NCBI GenBank assembly: GCA_963816145.1
Contig: CAWFJP010000011.1
Location: forward strand, 416,001-480,000
Direction: 5' to 3'
DNA from: an uncultured delta proteobacterium
GTDB lineage: Bacteria; Desulfobacterota; Binatia; UBA9968
Length of the DNA stretch: 64,000 nt
Shown: positions 9,746 to 20,059 of the stretch, piece by piece
How positions within the stretch are numbered: the stretch's first letter is position 1
Layout: every line of letters begins with the position of its first letter
The notes under the pieces: generated by a model
Told to the model about the DNA's origin: nothing
The model's database searches: none
What the model saw: the letters and a program-made list of their open reading frames with translations, nothing else
Made by a program: the position numbers and the translations under genes

Positions 9746-11386
9746 TCAGACCGTGACCTTGTCCCGCGCTTCCAAAACTTTGTCGACAACGCTTTCAACG
9801 TTTTCCTCGTCGGTGAAAGGCGAGAGAATAAACGATTTCAACGCCGTCACCGGTTCGCCGTAGCTGCTTTCCCGGTAGGAGTCGGTGAGCGAGATCACCA
9901 CACCGCGGCCGGCCATCGCTTCGTCGTGAACGTAGTCGAAGATCTTTCGGTTATAAGCGTTGTGACGCACCAAGATGTCGCGATATTTTTCGTCGTCAAT
10001 CTCCTGGTCTTTGATTGAGAACGTATCGACACCGTCAGGGTAAGCACGGAATAGAGTTACCGTGCCGAAGTTATCGCGGTTGAGCACCGCGGTGGCCGCG
10101 TGGCCTTCGAGATGTTCGCGCAGAAGCTGGGTCATCTCGACGATGTGGCCGACCATGACGCGCAAACCTTCCTTGCCGAGCAGTTTCAAATTGGCCAAAG
10201 CCGTCAGCGCGCCCATGCCGCCGCGCGAGGTTTCGAGCGTGAACATGCCGGGACGGTGCTCGCCGAACTGATACAGATAAGGCATCTGCTCGTGGCTGCG
10301 CATCAACAAGCGCAGATCGTCCCGTTCTTTGAACAGCACCAGGCTCGATATATACGACGTGAAGCCAGTCTTGTGAAAGTCGATACCGATGGAGTCGGCT
10401 AGATGCAAATGGCGAATGCGCTGGCAGGCGCCGGCTAGCGCGCGCACCGTGCGCGGGCGAAATTCCAACGGGTTGTTTTCAAAATCGTAGTCAGCGAAGG
10501 CGTTCCAAGCCCAGCCGATCACCGCGTCGGCGTGCACATGAGGACGGTAAGGCAGATTGAATTCGCTGACCAGCTCGTCACGCAAATTGACCACGGCTGC
10601 GAGATCGTCGATGCCGAAAGCATCCGTGGTGCCCATGGTCGCTATGAAGGCCGCGATCGGCCAGCCGCTTTGCAAAGCGGCTCGTGCATGGTCGCGCAGC
10701 ACATCGATCTTGATCGCGTTGCGCGAGTCGGTGGGAATCGTAATGATATTCTTCGCACCTAGGCCGAGCCAACCAGCGACGTTGTAACGGCAGTAATGGC
10801 TACAGTCGCTGGCAAACATCACCGCCCCTGCGCCGACGCCGTTCTGCATCGCGCCAGGCACCGCTTTCTCCAGACCAACCTTGACACCATAGAGAGTCGT
10901 GGCCGTGCCGCCGAAAGTAAAGACGCCGGAAGCGCGCTGGGGATCGTAACCCATGAGCGTCGCGGTCATCGCCACCGCCTCAACCTCGGCGAGGGCGACT
11001 TTATGGCTGTATTCGTCCCAGGCCAGATTGGGATTGTAGAGTCCGGTCAAAACGGTCGCGATCAGCGACGAGATCGACGGCGGCGGCACGACATTGATCT
11101 GCGTGCGCGGGTGGCCCCAGATGGTCAACCCTTTGAAATAGTCGACCAAGTTCGCCGTCACGTCTTCCACTGTCGACGAATATTCCGGCAATCGCGCCGA
11201 TTGTGCCGCGCCGTAATCCAGCGGTTCCCGCGGTCCGAGCACCGGCACTTCGCTCTTTAAGCCGTCGACCATATCCAAGGCACGCATGATGCTATGAACG
11301 AAATAAGAATCATGCACACGGTCGGATACCGGTTGCGGGAAAGCCAGCCGAATCTTGTCTAACTTTCCTCGGTAGGCTGTCGCCAT
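9746..11386 (-). CDS. Group II PLP-dependent amino-acid decarboxylase
   Basis: FTFGGT, ATMGTTDAFGIDD, HVHADAVIG, ADSIGIDFHKTG (PLP lysine), TLETSR. Confidence 0.88.
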   Translation of the reverse strand: MATAYRGKLDKIRLAFPQPVSDRVHDSYFVHSIMRALDMVDGLKSEVPVLGPREPLDYGAAQSARLPEYSSTVEDVTANLVDYFKGLTIWGHPRTQINVVPPPSISSLIATVLTGLYNPNLAWDEYSHKVALAEVEAVAMTATLMGYDPQRASGVFTFGGTATTLYGVKVGLEKAVPGAMQNGVGAGAVMFASDCSHYCRYNVAGWLGLGAKNIITIPTDSRNAIKIDVLRDHARAALQSGWPIAAFIATMGTTDAFGIDDLAAVVNLRDELVSEFNLPYRPHVHADAVIGWAWNAFADYDFENNPLEFRPRTVRALAGACQRIRHLHLADSIGIDFHKTGFTSYISSLVLFKERDDLRLLMRSHEQMPYLYQFGEHRPGMFTLETSRGGMGALTALANLKLLGKEGLRVMVGHIVEMTQLLREHLEGHAATAVLNRDNFGTVTLFRAYPDGVDTFSIKDQEIDDEKYRDILVRHNAYNRKIFDYVHDEAMAGRGVVISLTDSYRESSYGEPVTALKSFILSPFTDEENVESVVDKVLEARDKVTV

Positions 11387-11394
11387 GATTTCTC

Positions 11395-12255
11395 CTAGCC
11401 GCGCTTTTTACTCACCAGCGCATTGATCTCGGGAGTTTGCACGCCGTCATTCAGCAAACTGCAGGTGCCTTTTTCGAGTATCTCCTGGGCCAGCTTCTTC
11501 GCGCCGGTGATCGCCGCCTTCATGAAACCCGAGCCATAACTCACCCGGGCGACGCCGAGATCTTGCAGTTCGCTGACGCTGGGGGACTGCGGCCCGGCGA
11601 GTATACTGATCGGCGCTTTCACCTCTTTCGCTATACGCCCAATAATTTCCGCCGAATGAAGGAACAGGTAAAAGATGCAGTCGCCGCCCGCTTCGGCGTA
11701 GGCGTTGCCGCGATGAATCGCTTCTTCGAGCGCCTTCTTCGGATCGTCGGGCATGACGTGGAAAGAGTCGACCCGCGCGTTGAGAAAAAATTCGCTGCCG
11801 AGCTCTCGCTTGGTTTCCATGACCGCTTTGATTTTTCGCAGTTGCTGAGATAGCTCGACCAACCCGCCCTTGCCCTTCTCCGCGCCGTCTTCGAGGTTCA
11901 TGCCGGCGACGCCGCGCGCGATCAACGCGCGCACCGTGTCGCGGACGCCGTTCTCGTCGCCGTAACCTCTTTCACCGTCGGCATTGAAAGGCACGCTCAC
12001 CGCCGCCGCGAAGTTGCCACTGAGCTCGATAAACTGCTCACGGCTCATCGCCTCGCCGTCGGGATAACCCAACGCCGCGGCGATGCCGCCGCTGGTGCCT
12101 TGAATCGCTTGAAAGCCCAACTGCTGGAAGAGCAGCGCACTCAAGACGTCATAAGCGCCAGGCATGACGAGAATCTCCGGCGCACGGACCAGCTCGCGCA
12201 AACGCGCACTCTTGACATTAGTCGCGGTCAAAATAGCTGCGGGTATCGGTTCCAT
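11395..12255 (-). CDS. Isocitrate lyase/PEP mutase family protein
   Basis: PGAYDVLSA, GYPDGE, NADGERGYG, NLEDG, NARVD, AYAEAGGD; start reassigned to ATG 12255 because of an upstream GAGGAGG RBS. Confidence 0.85.
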   Translation of the reverse strand: MEPIPAAILTATNVKSARLRELVRAPEILVMPGAYDVLSALLFQQLGFQAIQGTSGGIAAALGYPDGEAMSREQFIELSGNFAAAVSVPFNADGERGYGDENGVRDTVRALIARGVAGMNLEDGAEKGKGGLVELSQQLRKIKAVMETKRELGSEFFLNARVDSFHVMPDDPKKALEEAIHRGNAYAEAGGDCIFYLFLHSAEIIGRIAKEVKAPISILAGPQSPSVSELQDLGVARVSYGSGFMKAAITGAKKLAQEILEKGTCSLLNDGVQTPEINALVSKKRG

Positions 12256-12418
12256 ATCGGCCTCCTCACCATTAGAGCTGTGTTTGGTCTCCGCATGGTA
12301 AAGCCGATGGTCCGATGGATGCAAGAGAACCGGGCAGTGAACAAGAGAAAAGAATGAATCTTGCGACGATTGGAGCTTCGGTGAGACTGTAGCAGCGGTA
12401 GCGGCGGGGAGATTTACG

Positions 12419-12550
12419 GATAGTGGTTCAGTTTGAGGCGGGCACAAATCTTCATGAGACAGATTTCTCGCTGCGCTCGAGATGACAGCAGAACAGTCGC
12501 GTTGTCATCTCGAACGAAGTGAGAGATCTCGGTCTAACTGAACCACTACG
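12419..12550. mobile_element. MITE (132 bp) with IS1-like terminal repeats and an 8-bp target-site duplication
   Basis: Ends GATAGTGGTTCAGTT...AACTGAACCACTACG; flanked by GATTTACG at 12411-12418 and 12551-12558; internal REP-type palindrome. Confidence 0.75.
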
Positions 12551-12631
12551 GATTTACGCGATGCGTTCAAACCCTCGCAGTCCCCCGAACCCCGTCAAGC
12601 CAAGTATGATCTTAATCCGAGTATCGAATCT

Positions 12632-12663
12632 ATCTGTTGCCTGTTGCCTACTGCCTATTGCCT
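12632..12663. repeat. Heptamer tandem repeat (tTGCCTg/a-type)
   Basis: tctgttgcctgttgcctactgcctattgcct. Confidence 0.6.
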
Positions 12664-12668
12664 TCTTC

Positions 12669-13685
12669 TCACCCATTGATCGGCGTGACATATTCTTTTC
12701 TGATAAAGCCGGTCACACCGCCCTGGGCGGTTCGCACTTTGAGCCAGTCGCCGCGGTTTTCCAGAATACTTAGCTGCGTCGCTTCTTCCACCTCACGCAC
12801 GCTGTTGGCCGAATAGCGTGGGTTATCGCGGATTGCCAGTTGGCGGTTCGCTATGACAACGGGGAGAGGTTTCGCCTCGGCTTTCGGTTTGGGCGCGGGC
12901 GTGGCTGTAGCAGTAGCTATGGGCTTACGAGAGGTCGGCGGCGCCACCGGCGTAGCCGCTACGGCTTTCTGGTTTTCTTCAATTGTTCTCGGTGGCGCCG
13001 CGGGCAACAGCCTTTCGGGGCTGTTGTTGCGCGGCCCGCTGTGGACCTTGCGCTCCCACTGCACGATCATTTCCGGATCCATCCCTTTGGGAATAAACAA
13101 CAGGGGCACGGTGATCTCGGCCGCCTCGCTGCCGCTGTTGGGGAATTTCCACTCGCGCACATCGTCTATCACGGTTTTGATGAAGCTCGAGTCGTTGACC
13201 TGGGTATTCACCGGTTCGACGCGCACCACATTACCGGACGAATCGACAAAGAGTTTCAGAGAAACGCTGCCCATCAGTTCTTGATTGCGTTCGGACCAGC
13301 TGTTGAAGGTGTGATGCAATCTGGCGAGATGTTCCATCGCAGCTTGCTCGAAGAGCTCTTTGGTCGTGGGCGACGAACTTTTCGAGCGCACGCTGAGTCC
13401 CGCAGTATCGACAGCCAAAACCGAGCTTTGGGTCTTCGCCGCCCGTTCCGTTTCGACTAACGATTGGAGTTTCTCCCAGAGTTTTTCGTCGCCCGCCATC
13501 AGGCCCAAAAGGGGCATCGCCAATATGCCGGTCATGGCGATGGTCATGGCACGAATTTTCGCTGTCTGTCGGACCATATTCGGCGTCCGGGAATCGGCCG
13601 CCGCCACATCGGGGATCGAAACGATGGCATCTTCACTGAGTTCCACGACCGGTTTGCTTAGGTAGAGTTCGATGGCCTGTTCCAT
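12669..13685 (-). CDS. Membrane-anchored protein with TonB-C/AgmX-PglI-like domain and C-terminal SH3 domain
   Basis: Single TM helix; GSVSLKLFVDSSGNV..VREWKFP..ITVPLLF; IRDNPRYSA..RGDWLKVRT..GFIRKEY; start at 13685 behind GGAGGG. Confidence 0.7.
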   Translation of the reverse strand: MEQAIELYLSKPVVELSEDAIVSIPDVAAADSRTPNMVRQTAKIRAMTIAMTGILAMPLLGLMAGDEKLWEKLQSLVETERAAKTQSSVLAVDTAGLSVRSKSSSPTTKELFEQAAMEHLARLHHTFNSWSERNQELMGSVSLKLFVDSSGNVVRVEPVNTQVNDSSFIKTVIDDVREWKFPNSGSEAAEITVPLLFIPKGMDPEMIVQWERKVHSGPRNNSPERLLPAAPPRTIEENQKAVAATPVAPPTSRKPIATATATPAPKPKAEAKPLPVVIANRQLAIRDNPRYSANSVREVEEATQLSILENRGDWLKVRTAQGGVTGFIRKEYVTPING

Positions 13686-13822
13686 ATGTCCCTCCAATTT
13701 CCCACCTCGACCGCTTGAGCCCGCTGCGTTCAAATGACGCGCTCCCGGTAAGTTTGCGACTGCCGGCGACCGTTGTGAGTAGTTAGGAAACCTCGCGATT
13801 GAATTGTCATGCACACAAGATA

Positions 13823-13837
13823 GCAACGGCGAGGCCA
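13823..13837 (-). promoter_or_regulatory. Putative sigma-54 promoter
   Basis: Minus strand TGGCCTCGCCGTTGC (GG-N10-GC) about 140 bp upstream of the 13685 start. Confidence 0.45.
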
Positions 13838-14037
13838 ATTGGGCCTCGGTGGGACTAGTAAGAAATGAGCAATACCGAAAACTCTACGGATCGTTGACGG
13901 ACCGAAATGAACCGTCACCGGGAGAAACTGAACAAGCGGAGAAGCAATCGTGGAGCAATTTGGTGTGACCGAGGAATTTCTACCGCAGACTAAACTCGCT
14001 AGAGCTTGGCATTGACAAACGCTTCAGACTTCATCTT

Positions 14038-14592
14038 TTACGTCGGAGAAAACTTCTTTGCATCCCCCGGCTGATGCTTCTTCACCGACGCTTTGCTCCG
14101 GGGCATTCCGGCTAACTGCGGCCTGCGCCAAATCATTTTCCGATGCGCGATGCCGGCCTCGTCGAAGACCGGCCCGACGGCGTGAAAGTTCATGCGCTGG
14201 TAGAATCCGACCACAGCGACTTGCGCATGCAGGTAAATCTTGCGCGCTTTCATTCGCCGCGCCGCCGCGATCGCGTGCGCGAGCAACTTCGCCCCGACAC
14301 CTCTGCGCCGATAGCTTTTTAGCACCGCCATACGGCCGATCTTAGCCGCGCCATGATGTAACACGACCCTTGCCGTCCCAACGGCCCTAGTGCCGACGGT
14401 GGCAAGAAAATGCGCGGCCCGGCGATCGTCGTCATCCAGCTCGATGGCTCGCGGCACGCTCTGCTCTTTGACGAATACCCGGATACGGATAGCGAAGGCA
14501 CGTGCGAGTTCTGCCTCGCTCGAGATTCGCTTTACCGTCACTCCCGGCAGTTTCTTAGAACGCATTTTCACTTTTAGGTTTCGCTTGGCCAT
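14038..14592 (-). CDS. GNAT family N-acetyltransferase (ElaA/YjcF-like)
   Basis: IRIRVFVKEQ, KIGRMAVLKSYRRRGVG, LHAQ..FYQRM.F, FDEAGIAH. Confidence 0.88.
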   Translation of the reverse strand: MAKRNLKVKMRSKKLPGVTVKRISSEAELARAFAIRIRVFVKEQSVPRAIELDDDDRRAAHFLATVGTRAVGTARVVLHHGAAKIGRMAVLKSYRRRGVGAKLLAHAIAAARRMKARKIYLHAQVAVVGFYQRMNFHAVGPVFDEAGIAHRKMIWRRPQLAGMPRSKASVKKHQPGDAKKFSPT

Positions 14593-14689
14593 TTGCCCTG
14601 CTTGTCTGACGCCAGTTATTTTTCACCTTGGCAGTGCTTAACTTCGGAAAGACCCGACAATTCATCTGGGATGGCTGTCACTCAAAATT

Positions 14690-14760
14690 TGTCATTTCGA
14701 GCGAAGTGAGAAATCGATTCGGCTCGGTATTATAGGACGGCTATGAGACCGAACCACGAC
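14690..14760. repeat. Degenerate half copy of the MITE/REP element
   Basis: tgtcatttcgagcgaagtgagaaatc ... gaccgaaccacgac, resembling the REP core and right end of the 12419 and 31950 elements. Confidence 0.5.
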
Positions 14761-14833
14761 TTTCATTCCCATGATGTTGACACTGCCTGAAGTTCTCAGA
14801 TATTTACACTAGAGAAAAGGGGATATCACCACC

Positions 14834-15154
14834 ATGAAACAAACCTGTTTTGTCTGCCAAAATGTCGATTGCCTGAGCCGCGGCTCGGAAGCGCTGATGA
14901 AAGAACTCACCGATATGGTCGCCGCCAAAGCGGTCGATGCCGAAGTCAAACCCTATATCTGCTTCGGCGGCTGCGACTTCGGCCCCAACGTCGTCGTACA
15001 CCCGCAAAAAAACTGGTACGCCGGAGTTAAGAAAGAAGATCTACCGGAGATCGTCAACTCACTCGCTGACGGCCCCGCGGTCACCCGCCTCGACACCATC
15101 GACCCAGCGCTCAAAGATATCGTATATTCGCTGCTCGACGCCGGCGTCGCCTGA
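14834..15154 (+). CDS. Thioredoxin-like (2Fe-2S) ferredoxin
   Basis: VCQNVDC..RGS, CFGGCDFGP..VHP..WY. Confidence 0.85.
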   Translation: MKQTCFVCQNVDCLSRGSEALMKELTDMVAAKAVDAEVKPYICFGGCDFGPNVVVHPQKNWYAGVKKEDLPEIVNSLADGPAVTRLDTIDPALKDIVYSLLDAGVA

Positions 15155-15481
15155 ACCATAGAATGGCTCGGACGGCCAACAGAATCCCGGCGCGGCAATG
15201 GACCGATCGACCGCGTCGCCCCATTTACGCCGACCGCGGCCGATGATTGCGATTGCGCAGGTGCTGCTGCCGGAAAGATTCGACAGCACTAACATCGTCA
15301 CCCGGCAGCGTTACCTTCATAGCAGCGTGGGCAGAAACCTGACGCAACTCCGTTTGTCGATGGCCCAGGTGTCGGTTATTTTCGACGGTGGTCAAACATG
15401 TCCAGCATGGCAATCGCACCGGCGTATTTGCCAACCTGACCACCGAACGGCGGCCGGCAGAATCGGTCGAGGAGGGAGCCC

Positions 15482-16534
15482 ATGAAAGTACCGTTCATGA
15501 CTGCGGTTTTTACCGTCACGATTGGCAAACGCTTCAGGCCCGTAATCGTCGCCATCGCTGCACTCGCGGCGATATCGGCGGTCGTTACCTCGAACGCCGC
15601 CGCCCAGGAACGGCTTAAGATCATTTACAGCCAATTCACCATGACCAATTCGGCGACCTGGTTTGCCAAGGAAGCCGGACTCTTCGAGCGCCATGGACTG
15701 AACGCGGAATTGATCTACGTCGACTCTGCCCCCGCGGTACAAGCCCTCACGGCGGGGGCCGCGCCGCTTGCCACCATGTCCGGCGGCTTGGCCGTCGGTC
15801 CCTACTTGAACGGCCTCGACCTGGTCATGCTCGCCGGCTGGTGCAACTTGAATTCGTATCAGTTGATCACCCGCCCCGAGATCCGCCGGCCCGAAGACCT
15901 GCGCGGCAAGATCGTCGCTATCGGCCGGTTCGGCGCCGCCGCTGACTGGGGGCTGCGGCTGATTCTGCGTAAGCTCAACATCAACGAAACTAAAGACGTG
16001 CAGATCATTCAGGCCGGCGGCGGCGGTCCGTCGACGCGCCTCGCCGCCATGGAAGCAAAGAAGGTCGACGCTACGGTGCTCGATTCGCCGCAAACCGTGC
16101 AGGCGCGGCGCATGGGTTTCCGGGTTTTGGCGGACGGTGTGGAATTAGGAATTCCTTTTCTCCAAGGCGGTCTCGTCACCAGGCGCGCGTACGTTAAATC
16201 GAACGAAGACACCGTCCGGCGCATGATCCGCGTCATCGTCGAAGCGATTCATTATGCCAAGACCAATCGCGAAGCGGCGCTGAAGATCATGCAAAAATAT
16301 CTCCGCGTGAACGATCGCGATGCGCTGGAAGACGCCTACGAGTCTTTTGTCATCAAACAATTCCCCCGCGTGCCCTACGCCACACCCGCCGCCGTGCAGG
16401 TCATCTTCGACCTCGCCGCCGCCCGCGACCCGCGCGCCAAAAGCGCCGACCCCCAAGGGTTCATCGACGCCCGCTTCGTCCGCGAGCTCGAGCAGAGCGG
16501 CGCCATCGATCAACTTTACGGGCAGTCGCGCTAA
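15482..16534 (+). CDS. ABC transporter substrate-binding protein (SsuA/NMT1-like)
   Basis: Signal peptide; AKEAGLFERHGL, EDLRGK, C-terminal FIDARFVRELEQSG. Confidence 0.85.
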   Translation: MKVPFMTAVFTVTIGKRFRPVIVAIAALAAISAVVTSNAAAQERLKIIYSQFTMTNSATWFAKEAGLFERHGLNAELIYVDSAPAVQALTAGAAPLATMSGGLAVGPYLNGLDLVMLAGWCNLNSYQLITRPEIRRPEDLRGKIVAIGRFGAAADWGLRLILRKLNINETKDVQIIQAGGGGPSTRLAAMEAKKVDATVLDSPQTVQARRMGFRVLADGVELGIPFLQGGLVTRRAYVKSNEDTVRRMIRVIVEAIHYAKTNREAALKIMQKYLRVNDRDALEDAYESFVIKQFPRVPYATPAAVQVIFDLAAARDPRAKSADPQGFIDARFVRELEQSGAIDQLYGQSR

Positions 16535-16673
16535 GCCAGTCCCAATCTGGCGATCGCTTAACGCGCATTTTTTCATTGAGATTTGGAAAGCAACACAATC
16601 GGCGTTGTGAAATCAGTTAGAGTCGGGAGAGAGCAAATCAAGAAACTCATCCTAGCCAAAGAGGGAGGTTAAA

Positions 16674-17684
16674 TTGGCAACTCTGAGAGTCATAGATTCG
16701 GACGGACATGTCCAAGAGCGCGATGCCGACATAAGACCGCATTTGGAAGAGCCGTATTGCAAAAGACGAGGATCGCTTTTGCCGGGCGATGAGTGGGATT
16801 CCAGCATGTATGGTACCCTTGGGTTGAGGGTCAGCGATGTCGCGATGAGGCTTCGCGACATGGACAAAGAGACCATCGATACTTCAGTGCTCTTTCCGAC
16901 CAGCGCCTTTCACATGAGCCGTCTTACCGAGAAGGACTACGCGGCGGCGTATTGCCGTGCGTACAACAACTGGATCGCTGAACACTGTAAAGAAAGCCCG
17001 CGCATCAAGGGAGTGGCACTCGTTCCCTTTCAAAATGTCTCCGCCGCCCTGGAAGAAGTAAATCGTGCCGTGACTAAGCTGGGGCTGGCGGGAATTGCCA
17101 TAGCCTCTTTTGGCATGAAAGAGCATCTGGGCAAAGCGGAATTTTGGCCGATCTACGAGGAGATCCAGAGGCTGAACGTGCCGCTGCTAGTGCACAATTC
17201 CCGCCAAGGACCGGCGGGCGAGATTCGTTTCGATACTTTTCTGTTCAAGCATACCATTGGCCGCCCCGTCGAGACGCTGATTGATTGTGCAGCGCTAATG
17301 TACGGCGGCGTGCCGGAACAATTTCCCAAGCTGCGAATTGCCTTTCTCGAATGCGGCGCAGGGTGGGTGCCTTACTGGATGGATCGTATGGATGAGGAAT
17401 GGGAGAAAAGAAAATCCGAGGCGCCCCTGCTCAAGGCCAAGCCAAGCGAATACATGGCCCGCGGTAACTGGTTCTACGCCGCCGAGCCGGAAGAGGCGAC
17501 TCTACCGTTCGTGCTCGATCGAGTGGGCGAAGATGTCATTCTTTTCGCGTCAGACTATCCCCACTGGGACGGTAATTTTCCCTACATGGTCTCGACCCTT
17601 AAACAACGTAAGGATATTTCCGAAAGTGCGAAAAATAAAATTCTTAGTGCAAACGCCATGAGACTTTACGGCTGGGATCGCTAA
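16674..17684 (+). CDS. Amidohydrolase_2 family protein
   Basis: IDSDGH, AYNNW, RIAFLECGAGW, FASDYPHWD, ILSANAMRLY. Confidence 0.88.
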   Translation: MATLRVIDSDGHVQERDADIRPHLEEPYCKRRGSLLPGDEWDSSMYGTLGLRVSDVAMRLRDMDKETIDTSVLFPTSAFHMSRLTEKDYAAAYCRAYNNWIAEHCKESPRIKGVALVPFQNVSAALEEVNRAVTKLGLAGIAIASFGMKEHLGKAEFWPIYEEIQRLNVPLLVHNSRQGPAGEIRFDTFLFKHTIGRPVETLIDCAALMYGGVPEQFPKLRIAFLECGAGWVPYWMDRMDEEWEKRKSEAPLLKAKPSEYMARGNWFYAAEPEEATLPFVLDRVGEDVILFASDYPHWDGNFPYMVSTLKQRKDISESAKNKILSANAMRLYGWDR

Positions 17685-17891
17685 AGTTTCGCCTAGGCGG
17701 CGGTGCGCTGAGCTGTACAACTGCAAGCGTCCATGCCGGCGCAAAAGTATGGCCGGCTCTCGGTGCGTTGACAGCCGACAACGGCGTTGATTATAAGCGA
17801 CCTCAGAACGAAGTTTATAGCAACTCCGAAGGATTACTCCACGCCGATCTAAGAACGACCAGAGAATTTAACGATTCCACAAGCCGAGGAG

Positions 17892-19604
17892 ATGACCATG
17901 GCTTACGATGTAGTGATCAAAGGCGGGCGAATTTACGACGGCAGCGGGTTGCCTTCCTATTTCGGCGATGTCGCGATCAACGGCGATCGGATCGTCGAAG
18001 TGGGAAGGATTAATGATAGCGCGCGGCGCGTTGTCAACGCCGAGGGCTTGGCCGTATCGCCCGGCTTTATCGATTTTCACACCCATATGGATGCCCAGCT
18101 CCTGTGGGACCCGCTGGCAACTTCCTCCTGTTTCCACGGAGTGACAACCCTGATTCCAGGCAACTGCGGTCTCTCGCTCGCCCCTTGCCGCCCACAAGAC
18201 CGCGACAATGTGATCGGCAGCTTCGTTCGGGTCGAGGCGATGCCCTCTCAAGTGCTGCGCCAAGCGGTGAAATGGGAATGGACCAGCTTCCCACAATATC
18301 TCGACCGGCTGCAGGAGAAACTCGGCGTCAATGTCGCCGCGCTCATGGGACACTGCGCCGTGCGACAATTCGTCATGGGGGAGGAATCCTCGGAGCGAGC
18401 CGCGACGCCTGATGAAATCGCTCAGATGAAATCCCTCGTCAGAGAAGGCATCAAGGCCGGCGCGATCGGTTTTTCCACCAATCAAAATCGCCGCCATATG
18501 CGCGAGGATGGCCGGCCGATACCGAGCCGCTTGGCCACCGACGAGGAGATTGTCGAGCTGGCGAGCGTGCTCGGAGAACTCAATTGCGGCTCGATGCAGA
18601 TTTCGCGCGGCACCTTGGGAACTGCGCGCCCGGTGGAGGAAGATATCGATTTCTTTCGCCGCCTCGCCTCGACCTCGGGTCGGCCGGTGATCTGGCAAAG
18701 CATCGCCCATCGGTGGAACGCCCCTGAGCTGTGGCGCAAGTTGCTCGATTTGGCACAACACTCGCTCGCGTCGGGAGCCGCTTCTTATCCGCTCACCAAC
18801 GCCCGGCTGTTCAACGGCCGCTTCACACTCAAGAACGCGCAAACCTTCGATGACCTGCCGAGTTGGAAACAGGTGATGTTTGCCCCGGTCGAGCAACGGG
18901 GAAAACTTTTCAGCGATGCTGAACGGCGCCGCAAGCTTCGTTTCGAAGCGGTGGAAGACACAAGACCCACGACGTTTTCCCGGCGCTGGGATCAGATCTT
19001 TTTAATCAAAGCCGCCCAGCCGAAAAATCACCAGCTTGAGGGCAAGAGCATCGAAGCGATCGCCCAGTCGCTGAATAAGGATGTGATCGACACGTTTCTC
19101 GATATCGCGGTGGAAGAGAACCTCGAGACCCTGTTCCAGAATTCCGGCAGTCGCGATGAGGAAGCCACCGCCGAGATTCTCCGAAGCCCAATCACTTTGG
19201 TTGGCCAGTCGGATGCCGGCGCCCATCTCATCTACCACGCTGGCTACGGCTACGCGACCCGTTTTCTCGGTTACTGGGTGCGAGAAAAAGCCGTGATGCC
19301 TTTGGAAGAAGCGATCCGCAAGCTTACGTTCATGGTTGCTTTGGTCTTCGGTCTGCACGATCGCGGCCTGATTCGCCCAGGCATGGCCGCCGATCTGGTG
19401 CTCTTCGACCCGCAGACAATCCGCGAGTGCGAGCCTGAAATGGTCAACGATTTGCCGGGCGGTGAAAAGCGTCTCATCCAGCGCGCCATCGGCGTGAAAA
19501 CGACGATGGTCAATGGCGCAATCTTAGTGCAGGACGGCGAGCACACCGGCGCGTTTCCCGGCCGCGTCTTGAAAAACTACAACAACGATCACGCATCTGT
19601 GTAG
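17892..19604 (+). CDS. Amidohydrolase, N-acyl-D-amino-acid deacylase-like
   Basis: PGFIDFHTHMD, HGVTT..GNCG, SDAGAH, RGLIRPGMAADLVLFDP. Confidence 0.88.
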   Translation: MTMAYDVVIKGGRIYDGSGLPSYFGDVAINGDRIVEVGRINDSARRVVNAEGLAVSPGFIDFHTHMDAQLLWDPLATSSCFHGVTTLIPGNCGLSLAPCRPQDRDNVIGSFVRVEAMPSQVLRQAVKWEWTSFPQYLDRLQEKLGVNVAALMGHCAVRQFVMGEESSERAATPDEIAQMKSLVREGIKAGAIGFSTNQNRRHMREDGRPIPSRLATDEEIVELASVLGELNCGSMQISRGTLGTARPVEEDIDFFRRLASTSGRPVIWQSIAHRWNAPELWRKLLDLAQHSLASGAASYPLTNARLFNGRFTLKNAQTFDDLPSWKQVMFAPVEQRGKLFSDAERRRKLRFEAVEDTRPTTFSRRWDQIFLIKAAQPKNHQLEGKSIEAIAQSLNKDVIDTFLDIAVEENLETLFQNSGSRDEEATAEILRSPITLVGQSDAGAHLIYHAGYGYATRFLGYWVREKAVMPLEEAIRKLTFMVALVFGLHDRGLIRPGMAADLVLFDPQTIRECEPEMVNDLPGGEKRLIQRAIGVKTTMVNGAILVQDGEHTGAFPGRVLKNYNNDHASV

Positions 19605-19807
19605 AAGTCGGCGGCTTCGGCACAGAGGTCGGTGTCGAAGGCACGGCGCGCAGCGCACGCAATCTTGGTTACGACGTTATCGTCTTGAAAGATTGTATCG
19701 GCGAGCGCAAGCGCGAACTGCATGAGCTGGCGCTCAAGCTGATGGAGCAGACGTTGTTCGAAGTTGCCACAGCGGCGGACATCAGCGCTATTTGGAGTCG
19801 CAAATGA
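19604..19807 (+). pseudogene. Orphan 3' fragment of an isochorismatase/cysteine-hydrolase family gene
   Basis: Manual translation VGGFGTEVGVEGTARSARNLGYDVIVLKDCIG..HELALKLM..FEVATAADI..*; no start or N-terminal part; abuts the upstream stop. Confidence 0.7.
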
Positions 19808-20059
19808 GCGCCGCGGAAAAGACTTTCACTTTCGGAAAATAACAACCCCGCCGCCCGATGATGCGCGCGCTCGCCGAGCGTAAACGTAGCCCCCGATTCA
19901 CGTTAGATTTTCAGCGCCGGGCGGGTCTAAAGTTCGTCATTGCACCCAACGGACAGGCTTGCGAAGCGAAGTTTCCTGCCCATTGCGGCGAACCTTGGCG
20001 CCCTTTGCGCGAGATAGCAGCCTGGCCGCGATGCTTTTCGTACCAACTAATTTTACCGG

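Noticed and set aside
9746-12255. Phosphonate biosynthesis cluster (PEP mutase plus decarboxylase)
   Set aside because: The enzyme lacks the PepM EDK-x5-NS motif (it has LEDGAEKGKGG), and the decarboxylase is PLP-type rather than the TPP-dependent phosphonopyruvate decarboxylase
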